The notes under the pieces are model-generated. The model made no database searches and had not been told where the DNA came from. It saw nothing but the letters and a program-made list of their open reading frames with translations. Below are positions 51,620 through 64,000 of a DNA stretch of 64,000 nucleotides, in pieces. Where the stretch lies: the NCBI GenBank assembly GCA_003344405.1, contig NOWV01000203.1, forward strand, positions 1 to 64,000. Reading direction: 5' to 3'. This DNA comes from Trichoplax sp. H2 (lineage: Eukaryota). The position numbers were made by a program, and so were the translations under genes. Position 1 is the first letter of the stretch. Each line of letters starts with the position of its first letter.

Positions 51620-53350
51620 AAAAGAAGCAACTGTCCAATGCCACTATCATCTAAGTACAAAAGTGGTGATTAACCAACGCTGTAGCAGCAGCTCTAAGGA
51701 TATTTCTGCCCTTTCAAGGGGCCAAAAATTTAGAAATTCTTAATTTAGAAGGAGAAGAGCTGGTCAAAAACAATCAACAGTCGAATAGCACTATTCTTTT
51801 CAGCATATTCATATGCACTATTGATTGCTACTTTAGTAGCAGCTCTAAAGCTATTTTTGTCAATTCAATCCATAACAAATGGAGAGGTGCTCGTCAAAAA
51901 AGAATCAACCGTCCAATAGCACTATTCTTTTAGCGCAATACTATTCACTATTGACCACTACTGGAGCAGCAGCTCCAAGGTTATTTCTGTCAATTCAATC
52001 GACAACAAATGGAGAGGCTCAATTTAGATGGAAGGGCTCGTAAAAAGAAACTTTGCTACAAACATGAGCAGTCGAATGCTACTATTCTCCTAGTAGAATA
52101 CAGTTTGTTCGTGAATATCTCTATCAGTTCAATTAACAACAAATGGAAGTCATAAGTTTCGTCAGAAGAGGCTGGTGAAATTGGAATACTATCCTAAATA
52201 TAGACAGTCCAATATGATACTGTTCTTGAAGTAGAAATGCAAATGCTTCGTCATCGTCATTGACTGGTAGTTCTTTCTGTCAACTCAATCTGGAACCAAT
52301 AGAAGTGATTCATTTACATCGAGAGAGGCTATTAAAAAGGAAATACTGTCATCAACATTTAATGTGGCACTATTCTTGAGGTAGAATACTAGTCGCTATT
52401 AACCACTACACTAGCAGCAGCTCCCAGGTTATTTCTGTTAATGCAATGGAAAATCAATGGAAATGGTAAATTGAGATGGAGAGAGGTCCATAAATAGAAA
52501 AAACAGTACAATGGCACTATTCGTCAAGTAGAATGCTAGTCGTCATCGATGACTACTGTGGCAACAGCACCACTAAGGCTATTTCTATCAATTTAATGGA
52601 GAAGGACTGGTAAAAGGAAAAGCTGTCACAAACGTCAAACAGTCGAATGGCTCTATTCTTGCAGTAGAATAGTAGTCGTTATTGACCACAACTGTATCTG
52701 TATCTCCAAGGTTATTTCTATCAATTCAGTCGATAATCAATGAAAATTAAAAATGGAGAAAGGCCTCGTGAAAAGAAATCACTATTGCCAACATCAACAA
52801 TCGAATGACACTGTACTTCCAGTAGAATGCTAGTCGTGATTGACCATGGCTGTAGCAGCAGCTCCAAGCTTATTTCCGCCAATTTCAATGGAAATAAATG
52901 GAGGCAGACTCGTAAAAAGAAAAAAACTGTCACAAACATCCTCCACTGTCCAATGGATCTATTCTTAAAGTTAGAATACAATTTGGCAGTAATCATGACG
53001 GACCTGTCATTCTTTCCATCAACGCAACCGAAAATAAATACAGATCGTCAATTGAGATTCTTCCTATGCAATACAATTGGATATTAACCACGATTATAAC
53101 AGTAGCTCCAAGGCTATTTCTATCCATTGAATGGACAACCGATTTGAGCTGTTATTCAGAAAAGCTCATCCAAATGAAAAATGATCCCATCGATAGGCAG
53201 CAGAAGAGTACTAATCTTCTGCTGTATTGCCACCTCGAGAAGGGGTTGTGTTAATGAAAAGGCAGAACAAATTGAAATTGGCAAAGAGGCTGGTAATAAA
53301 AGACTGTCATCGAGTTAAACAGTGGAATAGTGCTATTCTACTAAGATATT
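51620..53350. repeat. Degenerate tandem array R6, ~130-150 bp unit
   Basis: Recurring gt(c/g)caat.gcactattct...gtagaat, gcagcagctc.aagg.tatttct.tcaattcaat and aaatggag motifs. Confidence 0.85.
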
Positions 53351-53572
53351 GGCGGGTTCAATAGGATGGGTGTAAATTACAAAACCAATTTTTATATGCA
53401 GGAGTTTATTCGTGAATAATAAACACCATAAACATGGAGTGACCAATAATAGTATTAGTCTGAGAGTAGAATAGAATTGGTGATGAACTAGCTATGACTG
53501 TCATGGCAGCTTCAAGATGATGGCTGTAAGTTACACAACAAATTTTGTCTCCGATGAGCTTATTAGAGCAAG

Positions 53573-54310
53573 CAAAATCTGCGATATACCATGGATTAAT
53601 CAAGGGCACTACAGTATATTCTGAAGGTAGAATAGAATTCGCTATCAAAACAAAATCTGCCATATACCATGGATTAATCAAGGGCACTACAGTATATTCT
53701 GAAGGTAGAATAGAATTCGCTATCAAAACAAAATCTGCCATATACCATGGATTAATCAAGGGCACTACAGTATATTCTGAAGGTAGAATAGAATTCGTTA
53801 TCAACTTAGTCATGGCTTATCCAAGATTGATATCTGTAAAATGATCTAATAAATCACTGCTAGAGAATCTGCCTTATACCATGGATTAATAAATAGCACT
53901 ACAGTATATTCTAAGGATAGAATAGAATTGTATCAACTTAACCTTGGCTGTCATGGCTTCTCCTATTAAATGGTCAAATAAATCGTTGNNNNNNNNNNNN
54001 NNNNNNNNATATACCATGGATTAATCAAGGGCACTACAGTATATTCTGAAGGTAGAATAGAATTCGCTATTAAAACAAAATCTGCCATATACCATGGATT
54101 AATCAAGGGCACTACAGTATATTCTGAAGGTAGAATAGAATTCGCTATCAAAACAAAATTTGCCATATACCATGGATTAATCAAGGGCACTACAGTATAT
54201 TCTGAAGGTAGAATAGAATTCGCTATCACAACAAAATCTGCCATATACCATGGATTAATCAAGGGCACTACAGTATATTCTGAAGGTAGAATAGAATTCG
54301 TTATCAACTT
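53573..54310. repeat. Near-perfect tandem array R7, 78 bp unit, in two blocks around a gap
   Basis: Unit caaaatctgccatataccatggattaatcaagggcactacagtatattctgaaggtagaatagaattcgctatcaaaa; three units at 53573-53803 and four at 54009-54305. Confidence 0.97.
53989..54008. other. Assembly gap (20 N) with duplicated flanks
   Basis: N run; 53800-53988 recurs essentially verbatim at ~54303-54491. Confidence 0.97.
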
Positions 54311-54939
54311 AGTCATGGCTTATCCAAGATTGATATCTGTAAAATGATCTAATAAATCACTGCTAGAGAATCTGCCTTATACCATGGATTAATAAATAGC
54401 ACTACAGTATATTCTAAGGATAGAATAGAATTGTATCAACTTAACCTTGGCTGTCATGGCTTCTCCTATTAAATGGTCAAATAAATCGTTGCTGTAGAAA
54501 GAGAGAGTGGATCAATATTAAAAAATTGCTTATGGTCCAGTAAATCTGTACTGCTGAGAGAAGGAACACATCAGTATTGAAAAAACATGCCAATAATGAA
54601 CTAGCACTTCTTTCAGTAGAATCAATTCTGCCTTCTCTATCAGACTAGGTAGGCTATTTGGACAGCTCCTAACATGATCACTGTAAAGTACATTAGTTGA
54701 CATGATGTTGAAGAGCAGGCTACGAAAAACAATCACAAACATCAACAAAGTCCAATCGATGTCAATGGATACTGTCTTCTATCTTTCATAGGACAACGTA
54801 AACCTTTAGCGCATTGTAAAAATGATTTGATTGATCAACATCATCACGTAGTTTAATAAACAACTGGATAATGGAATCAATGAAATTGCTTAGAAAACAA
54901 AAAATGAAAGGCTCCCCCCCTCCCTGCTGTCCATGGACA

Positions 54940-56750
54940 ATACTAATAAAAGTATGCAATGAACTTTTAATCTATCATGTTGATAGTCATTTATGATGGT
55001 CATGAACCATTAGTAGCGCTGCAAGTGTCGGGAATCATACATGCTAAAGGAATAGAGTAGACAGTTTTCTCTGTATCAATCGACTAGCAGTTGGAGAGTA
55101 AAAGGAAACCCTCTTTTTTTGATCATGACGTAAATTACGTCGATGATGGTCATGATCTACGGGCTAATGGTTATTCGATTATAAAAGTAGTCAAAGTACT
55201 TTTGTTAATATAGAATAGTACGGCAGGAGGATAGAAAGCAACCCTTCTTTTCTCACGGTGTTTATTGGAATCGCCATTAATAGAGATCGCTTGTACACTG
55301 TCTTAATCCACTTTCCATAGAAAAGAATTTTTCCTATCCTTTGACGACCAAAATTTCAACAAGGAATAGGTTGGTAACCTCCATGTTCTACCAAGATTAC
55401 CATGTTCACTTGATGATGGATACGTAAGAGAAACTTTCAAATAAATAATACAATATACTTTTCTGTTACTTTATGACTCTATCACTTTCCAATGTTAAAA
55501 AGAAGGGTGGCAAGAACTCCTTCTATAACTACGAAAGTATTCACATTGACGACTAATATCCATGGGTAGATATCATGTAGAAAAGATTCAATAATGAATA
55601 TAACCTATTTTCCTATCACTTGAGGACTGACGAGCAAGATACTATGAAAAGGAATTATTTCTTCCTCGTGATGTTTATGAAGTTTTCTACAGTTAAAATG
55701 ATATTATTAGTCAATAGTCTTAGCGCTTCTATCGTTTGACAATAAGAATATGGAAGAATGATCGTAAAATTGATAGTTTGTCTATAAAAATCTATTCAAT
55801 TCTAGTAATAATAACTATCCATAGTTCTATCTTGGATAGAAATCGAATTGCGAATGATCATACAAAGCTTTTACTCCAAAAAGATTACCAACTACTGTAG
55901 TCGTAGTGGTTCTAGCGTTGCGCCATAATTGATATATAATCATCAATTTCTAGTTTACATCGAAAAGTCAATTCAATCTTATAACGATTAACTATCCATG
56001 GCTGTAGTCGATGGAAATTAAATAAGGAATGACTATACAAAACTTTCTATTCAAACGTTCACAACACTCAAGAATAATCCGAAATGTAATCACTTTTTCT
56101 CTTTTATGGTCTTCTATTTTCTGCGTGCTAATATGTATATTTGGGCATGATGTGTTAGGCTAAACACTCCAATGGACTCGTTGATCCAAGGGTTATTACT
56201 TTATATGGATGATACAACTCTTATTCTCTTGGGCTATAAATAAATCAATATTGGATCGTCCTATTTCAATGATTACCAAATGCAACATCCATTTATTAAG
56301 TCCATAGTAATGACTTTATAATGGTAAACTACTGTAGATTATTGTATGGGGATTTTATTCTGTTTGTTTTATTAATTAATAACATACACTATACAAACAC
56401 TATTTACATAAAAAAATAATATGGTGAATCGATCGATTGAATACATTATGCATGATAGAATTGACTGTGTAGACTTGGAAGGGCAACATCTTGTTAGCGT
56501 TCCGATTAAGAGATCCAATTAATAGGATAAGCTACTATCTACTGAAAATGATTATCGATGGACTGAGCAAGGGCAACATCTTGTAACGATTAGGATTTAC
56601 CCATTACGCATATCCAGTTGACATGAAAATAAATAGACAAGCCATCACGTAAAGTGAAATGATTAATGGATAGGTTAATAAAAATAGGCAATACCTTGTG
56701 AAGGGTTAGTAGTCAACGCAGTAACAGCACTTGAAATACATCTTGTGCGC
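54940..56750. repeat. Several highly degenerate short repeat families
   Basis: tgatggtcatga twice (~54994, 55146); ttcaat..taactatccat..gaatga..atacaaa twice (~55795, 55972); agggcaacatcttgt at ~56480 and ~56570. Confidence 0.55.
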
Positions 56751-59268
56751 GATGGAAACAAATAATTTACAAACAGACCACAACCATGTTGATGATATCA
56801 TGATGAAAGATAGTGTAACAGTAATAACTTTGCCTAGGCAATAGGTGTTTCTATGCAGTTGTTAGCATTGAATTTCTATGATACTTGAAGATGAAAGAAC
56901 TTGTGAGGGTTTCATTGACGTGTAAGTTTATTTTGGTCACTGTGATACAATTTAAAACATAAAATGAATCTTTTCAATGGAATCTTTAAAAACAGCCGCC
57001 ACACATCAACTAATTGATTATCATCAAGGCTAGGAAAGACATATTAGATATTACTATTGATATTATTATATCAAGCTATAGCTATACAAATCCTTCCACA
57101 ACAGCTTTAGAGTCGACGCGATTTTAACATCACCAATGGGTCTTTTAATGTTATCGTTGCTAATGTTCTCGGATGCTCTACATCAATTTTTAATATAATG
57201 ACGAATCAAGTACTAGTCGATTGCTGTCGATTGCGCCAATTTTGATTGCATCTTGATGATTCTATAGACGAACGCAAACCACGAGTATTTATGTAGTTCT
57301 CATATCCCGTGATTGAAAATGTTGCATGTGACGTAAAATAGACTACTGCGTTACTTTGGAATAAAAAAGTATTTGAAGGGGACAATCTTATGATTGCAAA
57401 TAGAGCACAGTATCCGCATTGATAATCCATCGATGTTCATTGATATGACGTTGAAGATTTATTCGGTCATCAAAATACACATTGTATACCACTGTAGGAA
57501 ATGGAAATTCTAAAATAAAGTGTTTGTTCTCTATAGTAATACAAATGATATAAACTGTTTCAACTTAGGGGAAGTATTGCTCTATGACGATAGTTCTTTG
57601 ATTATCATAATCAAATGGATTGAACAGTAACATTATCCATCATTTTACTAGCTTTGAATTGATATGTTCATATAATGGAATTATTTATTGCCTTAGGAAG
57701 TAATACTCGAGGTGATTTAACCTTGCTTAAACCTTCTATCGGAGAATAAAGGCATGATCTTTAGCAATTTCCCTTGGACTTCCTTTAAATAATAGTAGAA
57801 AATGATTGACCTTTTAAGAATTATCACTTGAATGTTTAGAATGCTCAAATAAAAGTAAAACTGTACTTTTAACAAACAATCCGCTAATACAGGACATAAC
57901 TTCAAACAGTAGATTTGATATTGATATCATGCACAGAAACTATAGAATAAAAGATTAGAGGAAGATAAATAGCAAAAAAAAGTTGTCACTTCCTTGTAAA
58001 AATTTATAAACTGTTTATAAATTTGTCATACTATTAATCTTCTTTCATCATTTGCTTGCTAAATCATAAATTGATTAGCAGTTTAAAAGAAGGATTTTAC
58101 GTTATTCATCATTCGTTTAAATTTACTCACGTTTTAGGATTGTTTCCTGTTAACATTAAGTCGTGAAAAATTATCCGTCGGTCCACTCCGGGACATCTTC
58201 AATAACTTGATAACCAGGTACTTCAAAAAAAATTGATTATGTTTGTGTAAATTTTATCCATTTTCTATTGATGATGGTCAGATTTAACTTGAAGCTTAGT
58301 CTAAATACTCTACATTGGTATCATCGATAAATTAGGCTTGTATTTGATTTCATGAACTTATTTGGTGGTAGCAGTTACTTCAAATATAGTCTATTCAGTG
58401 TTTTTACAGTTAGTGAAGAGTATCGTTGGCGATTGTAATGCCAGTTTTACTCATAAAAGTGTTGAAACGATTTGATCCTCGTGAGACCTAATATGCATCC
58501 TACAATATTTGAGCGTTAAATCATAAAGCTACTTTCCATAATAGTACCACTAAGTATAGGATACCAAATTTCATGATCAACTGGCTGGTTACACTATCGA
58601 CTTTACGGGATCGAACATTGAATCCAAAAATTGCTTTCCTACAAGCTTTACTTGCAATATTGGTAGATAATTTATGTTTACGGTGCCAAGATGTTATAGT
58701 CCACATCTTACCACTATATGATGTGTACCTGTAATTAGAAAAGTTGATTTGGTGGAATCACGATACCATTCAATATCTAATCCTAAAGTTGAAAACTGAA
58801 CACATTGATAGACATGAAATGCTTTAGTTCAATGTAGCAAAGATTCATAATGAAACAACTGTTGTACTGTATGTGACATCATGAGGCTACCGTATTTAAC
58901 AACTTCATTAATCGTAGGGCAATTTTATAGGAAACATCAACTCCTATTATGGAGTATTGTTGACCTAGGCTGACTATAAACTGCAATCGCTTTTATGGTT
59001 ACCACTTTTTAAGCAAGTGTATAGTAGGGTGTAAACAGTTGAATGCTTGATTGTGGTTAGTCGTATATTAATATAATGGACTGTCTTGAGTAGCCAACGT
59101 GCGATTACAAAGGTGATGAAAAGACTATCATTTTTGAGTAAATAGCCCGATTTGTTAACACGTCGCAATTGCATTGGAGAAATGCAGTTGTCGTTATCTA
59201 TATGTGATACCGTTTACCTGTAGTCTCCGTTTATTTATTTGCGTATAGTTAGTTATAACTTTATTTGA

Positions 59269-59509
59269 ATGACGATTTGGTTAGCAAATTTCTTCACAGC
59301 TGTTACAGTGCTTAATTTTGGCGTTAAGGTGTTAGTTGTGGAGACTATAAAATGTACTGTCAGCGCAATAGGTTTTCATCATTTCTGTCTTTGCAGGAAG
59401 GATACTCAAGGCGTAAGAAATTACGTTAACAAGACGAAATCCCTTCGGCAAGCTTTCAATCAAGTTTACCGCATTCTCATTGTTATTGCTAAATCCTATT
59501 GTCAGCAAG
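59269..59509 (+). CDS. Candidate 5' (signal-peptide) exon or exons of the Caspr-like gene; structure unresolved
   Basis: ATG at 59269 (MTIWLANFFTAVTVLNFG), acceptor ttgcag before 59397, and alternative donors at 59413 (gtaaga) or 59510 (gtattg). Either could supply the phase-1 join to the exon at 59927. Confidence 0.35.
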
Positions 59510-59926
59510 GTATTGTCGATCTATTCACTTGAAATACTATCTTGTTAAAAAGTAAATTTTAAGCTAAAATATTTACTCTTTATCATGATGACATCAAATG
59601 AAGGGTTGTTGGTTACCTCAATTATTGAACTTTGCTGTAGTTAATGCTAATTTGAATTATGGTATCCGTGCTATATTAGGAATGCTTTACAACGTGCTAT
59701 ATTAGGAATGCTTTAAATAACTTCTTGTGTATAGCATCATAATTTACGTCAGCTGTACGCCATAAATGACAGTATACTTTATGACTTAATAAAGTTAGTT
59801 CTTTTTCACTGTGCACGAAAGGATTACAGTTTTATATAACTCGTATGCTTTTATAGATAGATGATGTACTCTATATAATAATGCTAACTCGTCACCGGAT
59901 TTTACATTTTTTCTATTTCCACATAG

Positions 59927-62900
59927 CTCCATCAAATCATCCGTTTATTACGCAACTGAAATTTAAAAATCAGTATTTTCCAATAAATTCACTGCTAAAT
60001 CATCGCCATGGTTTACTTTAGTGGATTGACGCGTTTTTTTAGGGAGATGTCCAGTACAGTTACTAATCTTTACCATCTCCACATGCAAATACGGACATCC
60101 GACAATGATTCAGTATTGTTGGGCTCCAATTCGACTTCTGGTTACATACGAATGGAGCTAAATGGCGGATATTTAAGACTTTACTACAACTATGAAGGTA
60201 GCAGCCAACGTGAAACATACGTTAGTAATGGCATTTACTGTGCCGATGAAGAATGGCATGATGTTCGTGTACGCGTAGAGGACAATTATGCTGCATTAAT
60301 TGTTGATTCTTACGAGTCGACTATTCCATTATCCAAGGGTTTGACAATTTTTAAATCAAACCAAGTTAAGTATTATGTTGGCGGAGGTAATACTATTCGT
60401 GAAAGTGAAGGTAATACTATTCGTGAAGGCGAAGGGAACTATGTCCAACGCCCTTACCGTGGTTGTATGCGAGATTTGACTATTAATGATAATCCGTTCT
60501 ACTCGCGAGACGAAGCTGTCCAAGAAAATGGCATGTGCGATGCTGAAACTTTTTTTGCCGCACGTTTTGCCACGCAAAATAAATCTTCCATCGCTTTCGA
60601 TATGACCTATCAACAAGAAAAGCCCAACAGTATTCAGTTTTATTTCCGTGCTTTCGGAGCCGATGCACCAGAAGGAGTGACCAGACTCTTGACAATAACT
60701 AGCCAAGCCGATGATAAAGCATTGCTACTTATGAATGTACCGAGCATGATTGCTATGTCGACTTTTGAGAATAGATATTATCCATTTTCAAAGGTCAAAG
60801 CTTACGATGGTCAATGGCATCGTATCAACGTCACAGTCGATAATAATCAGATTATTATGACAGTAGATAATTTCACTGGTGTCATGAAATTTATTCGACT
60901 AAATACAGTTAAAAATGTACGCGTTGTTCTGGGTCATTTAGCAGGCGTAACACATAATGGATTTAATGGATGCTTGAAAGACGTAGAGATCAACAACAAA
61001 ATTCAAAACTTAAATGATCCATCGCTGCAGAGATATTCTATTACCCCTCATGGATGCGGTTTAAAGGATGCTTGTTTGCCGTACAATCCTTGTTACAATG
61101 GTGGTAAATGTTCGCCAGATGGTATCAGCTACACTTGCAGTTGCCCTGATAGTTATGACAAGCCTAATTGTGTTGATTGTAAGTATCTAGTTGATCACGC
61201 TATTCATCAGGGAAATATTTTTTATTAATGCATACTTCTTCTTGCGACCATTAGATAAATATCAGCGATCTTGCCATGACATATTCATGAAGAATCCAAA
61301 TGCAACTAGTAACGACTATGTAATTGATCCTGATGGACCAAAAATGGCTACCAAACCATTTAAAGTGCATTGCAGAGATGATGATATTACTACAACTGAG
61401 ATTGCACACAATCAATCGCATAACTATATTAAAGTTCCATCTGATACATCGTTGGTGGGGCCTGGTAAATTTGAAGTGAATTATACCTATGGATATGGTG
61501 CAACCTTTGATCAATTAGGTACTTTAGCCGAACAATCACAAAACTGCTCCCAATTTATCGGCTATGAATGCCAGCGCTCAGTACTTTTGAATTGGCCTAA
61601 AATGCCTTATGTTTGGTGGACTTCGCGTTCGGGTACCAGCGTATTCAGCTGGGGTGGAGCCCCTGCTAATTCAAGCATGTGTGACTGCGGTTTAACCGAC
61701 ACTTGCCATGGTGGAACTGGGACTAGATGCAATTGTGACAGTAATTCCCATGCCTCGTTAAAAGATGAAGGAGTTATCCACGATCGAAATTTACTCCCGG
61801 TTAAAAAAATTCATATTGGCTATGAAAGATTTACGAGTCTTACTCTCAGTTTCTATAAATTGGGTCCATTTAGGTGTGGAGGACAAGGTCGGTGGAATAG
61901 TTCTTGTTGTTTATATATTTGCAAATTGATAACTATTTTTTTTGATTTCTAGCAATAAATGATGTCGTCAATCTTGGCAATCAAACTCATATTGCTCTAT
62001 CTGACTGGAAGGACAAGCTGGACTTAGATATTAGTTTGAAGTTCAAAACTGTTTTGCCTGAAGCCATCTTGATGTACAATGATGGAGCTTTAAGTAATTT
62101 TTTTACTCTATCCTATACTCCGCATAAGATACTGCTGCGATATAACTTAAATCAGGGCAATAATACTGTCAGTATTCTGCAAACAGAAAATTACCATGAA
62201 GGATTCGATGATAATGAATGGCATAGTGTACGATTTAGATTGTTATATAACTCAGCTGAGTTACAGGTGGATAATTTAAAGAAAGTTTCTGCAGAGTACC
62301 CTATTGAGCGTCCACTATCTGTATTTGATTCTCAAGGACCAATCTTTTTAGGGAAAGATCCTCACGGGTAATTATAACGCTGTCACTAAATTAAACTTAT
62401 AAAATTACCGCAACTGTAGTATAAAATTTTATTTTATGTAAAAAAATTTAGTAACCGAACATTTAGTGGCTGTTTTGGTAACTTAGAAATAAGCAGCGAG
62501 AAAATTAATTTGCAGCAATATGTTAATGATGTTGGCATTGAAAATGGGTGTGATCTATCACCAGGTAGTAACTTTCAATTACAAACTATGATTCTTTTTT
62601 ATAAAATAAGTCGTGTAAATATATTGAGGGTAGATGCTTCATTTTATTTCTAGTAACTGTTGCTACTGTAAATCCTACGGTATTAACACCTACTCCTCAG
62701 ACACAGCTGCCAAAGTCCACTACAAAGCTACCAACGACACCAACGACAGAGCAACCATCAACTACTGAAAACTTAGTGACAGATACTCTGGCAAGCACTC
62801 CATTTGCAACGACTGAAAATGATGCCACAACTGAAATTACTGATTTTACTGATGATAACCTGTTTCCAACTAATTCAACGGAATGGAGAACTACTACTAC

Positions 62901-63273
62901 TACGCAAAAATCTGTACCACCTACTTTTTCAAGTCGTAGTGAAATCTCGACTATGTTCTCTACTGACGATACAAGCAGTGTAAACACTTCTTCATCTACT
63001 CTAGGAGTTGATCCGCAAACCTCTAATGTTGGCACTTATATCTACATTGCTTGTACTGCTGGAGGACTTATCTTAATTTTAGCAATAATCATATTAATGG
63101 TTGTAGTTAAGCAGCATAGAAGGCGTCGTTCGAAATCAAGAAAAAGTCGTGACAAAAAACCAAGTAAAGGCAAATCTAAATCTAAAAAGGATATGTATAA
63201 AAGTAGCCATAGCGTTATTTACGATACCAATTTTGTTACCGTAAAAGTATCCGATAGAGTATCATTTGTGTAA
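59927..63273 (+). CDS. Caspr/Neurexin-IV-like type I membrane protein: LamG-LamG-EGF-fibrinogen-like-LamG-Thr/Pro-rich stalk-TM-basic tail
   Basis: Frame-consistent GT-AG exons 59927-59972, 60043-61178, 61255-61887, 61953-62367, 62452-62564 and 62654-63273 (introns 70, 76, 65, 84, 89 bp). LamG motifs DEEWHDV/YRGCM, DGQWHRI/FNGCL, DNEWHSV/FSGCF; EGF NPCYNGGKC; Caspr-type YVIDPDG..PFKVHC, CSQFIGYEC, WWTSRSG..WGGA, CNCD; TM IYIACTAGGLILILAIIILMVVV; ends in SFV. Confidence 0.9.
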
Positions 63274-64000
63274 GCGGTTATGTAGCTACAATTATTGATT
63301 TTCATGAAGTAAATGCGAATATATTACATTATGTAGTGTACCCAAATGATACAAAACTGTAGACCAAATAAATATTTTATTAAGAATGCTGATAAAAATA
63401 CTTGCGTATATATCTATATATACGTATGCACTGTATTTCCATTTCTATGCATTGCACAGTTATGCTATTTCCGGTTAATATAAGATGAATAATTGTCATA
63501 CATGATAAGCATAAAGTACATTTTCATGCATGCAATGGAGAGTAATTTTATACTTATATAAAGAAAAATAATATCAAGGTAAGATAAAAAAAATATTATT
63601 AAGAGGCATAGTTGTACAGTAGAGTACATCTTTTGCTTACACCATTACGCGATAACAGCAAGTTGTTTTAATTTGTAAACCGAAGATTACAGTGAATTTG
63701 TTTAGCCTGCTGGCAAAATAGCTAACAAAATTTGTTGATTAATAACATATTTACACAAATGTTGGTATCTTCTAATCGTTAAAATAAAAAACTTTAAATA
63801 AAGCGAAATTCCAGCCGATAAAGTGTCTTAAACTTGTACAACTTTGTATGGATTCAGAATGTTCTATAAGGGATTTTAACGAAACTTAGTATTGTGATTT
63901 TAGCTATGTTTAGTAAGATAAACGGAAGTGCAACTTTCTATATTTATCTTAAGACGTATTTAGTAGCTCGCTACTATGGACTGTAATGATAGATTCAATG

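Noticed and set aside
34300..54310. CRISPR-like arrays
   Set aside because: Units repeat along their whole length with no unique spacers, there are no cas genes, and the context is eukaryotic
53406..54316. Repeat-protein ORFs on both strands of the 78-bp array
   Set aside because: The unit length is a multiple of three, so stop-free frames propagate automatically; no domain or splice support
32520..56400. Terminal inverted repeats bounding the island (32.6-32.8 kb versus 56.2-56.3 kb)
   Set aside because: Only scattered 7-9 nt matches (tgatccaag, caaatgca), not convincing in AT-rich DNA
60356..63035. Minus-strand ORFs at 60356, 60483, 61251 and 62697
   Set aside because: Antisense to exons of the Caspr-like gene
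1..64000. Frequent ACTAC(A/T)GT / TACTGTA words as an island-specific signal
   Set aside because: They also occur throughout the MFS intergenic DNA, so they look like a genome-wide compositional bias

Overview
AT-rich eukaryotic (metazoan) genomic DNA with 65-90 bp GT-AG introns. Composition and gene content are compatible with a placozoan such as Trichoplax, but that is inference only. There are three zones. (1) 1-32.3 kb: a head-to-tail minus-strand array of intronless SV2/SVOP-like 12-TM MFS transporter genes. Six copies have open frames, one cut by the window edge. At least four are pseudogenes, and the array shows chimerism/gene conversion and a 283-bp solo LTR with a 5-bp TSD. (2) About 32.5-57.6 kb: an unexplained ~25 kb island with no recognisable host gene. 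It is made of at least seven different tandem-repeat arrays, several with palindromic cores, alternating with decayed intronless ORFs I cannot assign to any family. It is the best candidate for something undescribed, possibly the relic of a large DNA virus-like or mobile element. It also holds a Helitron 3' end and two 20-N assembly gaps with duplicated flanks. (3) 59.3-63.3 kb: a plus-strand multi-exon Caspr/Neurexin-IV-like gene with a non-canonical architecture (LamG-LamG-EGF-fibrinogen-like-LamG-mucin stalk-TM-PDZ ligand). All analysis was by eye; no database searches were run.
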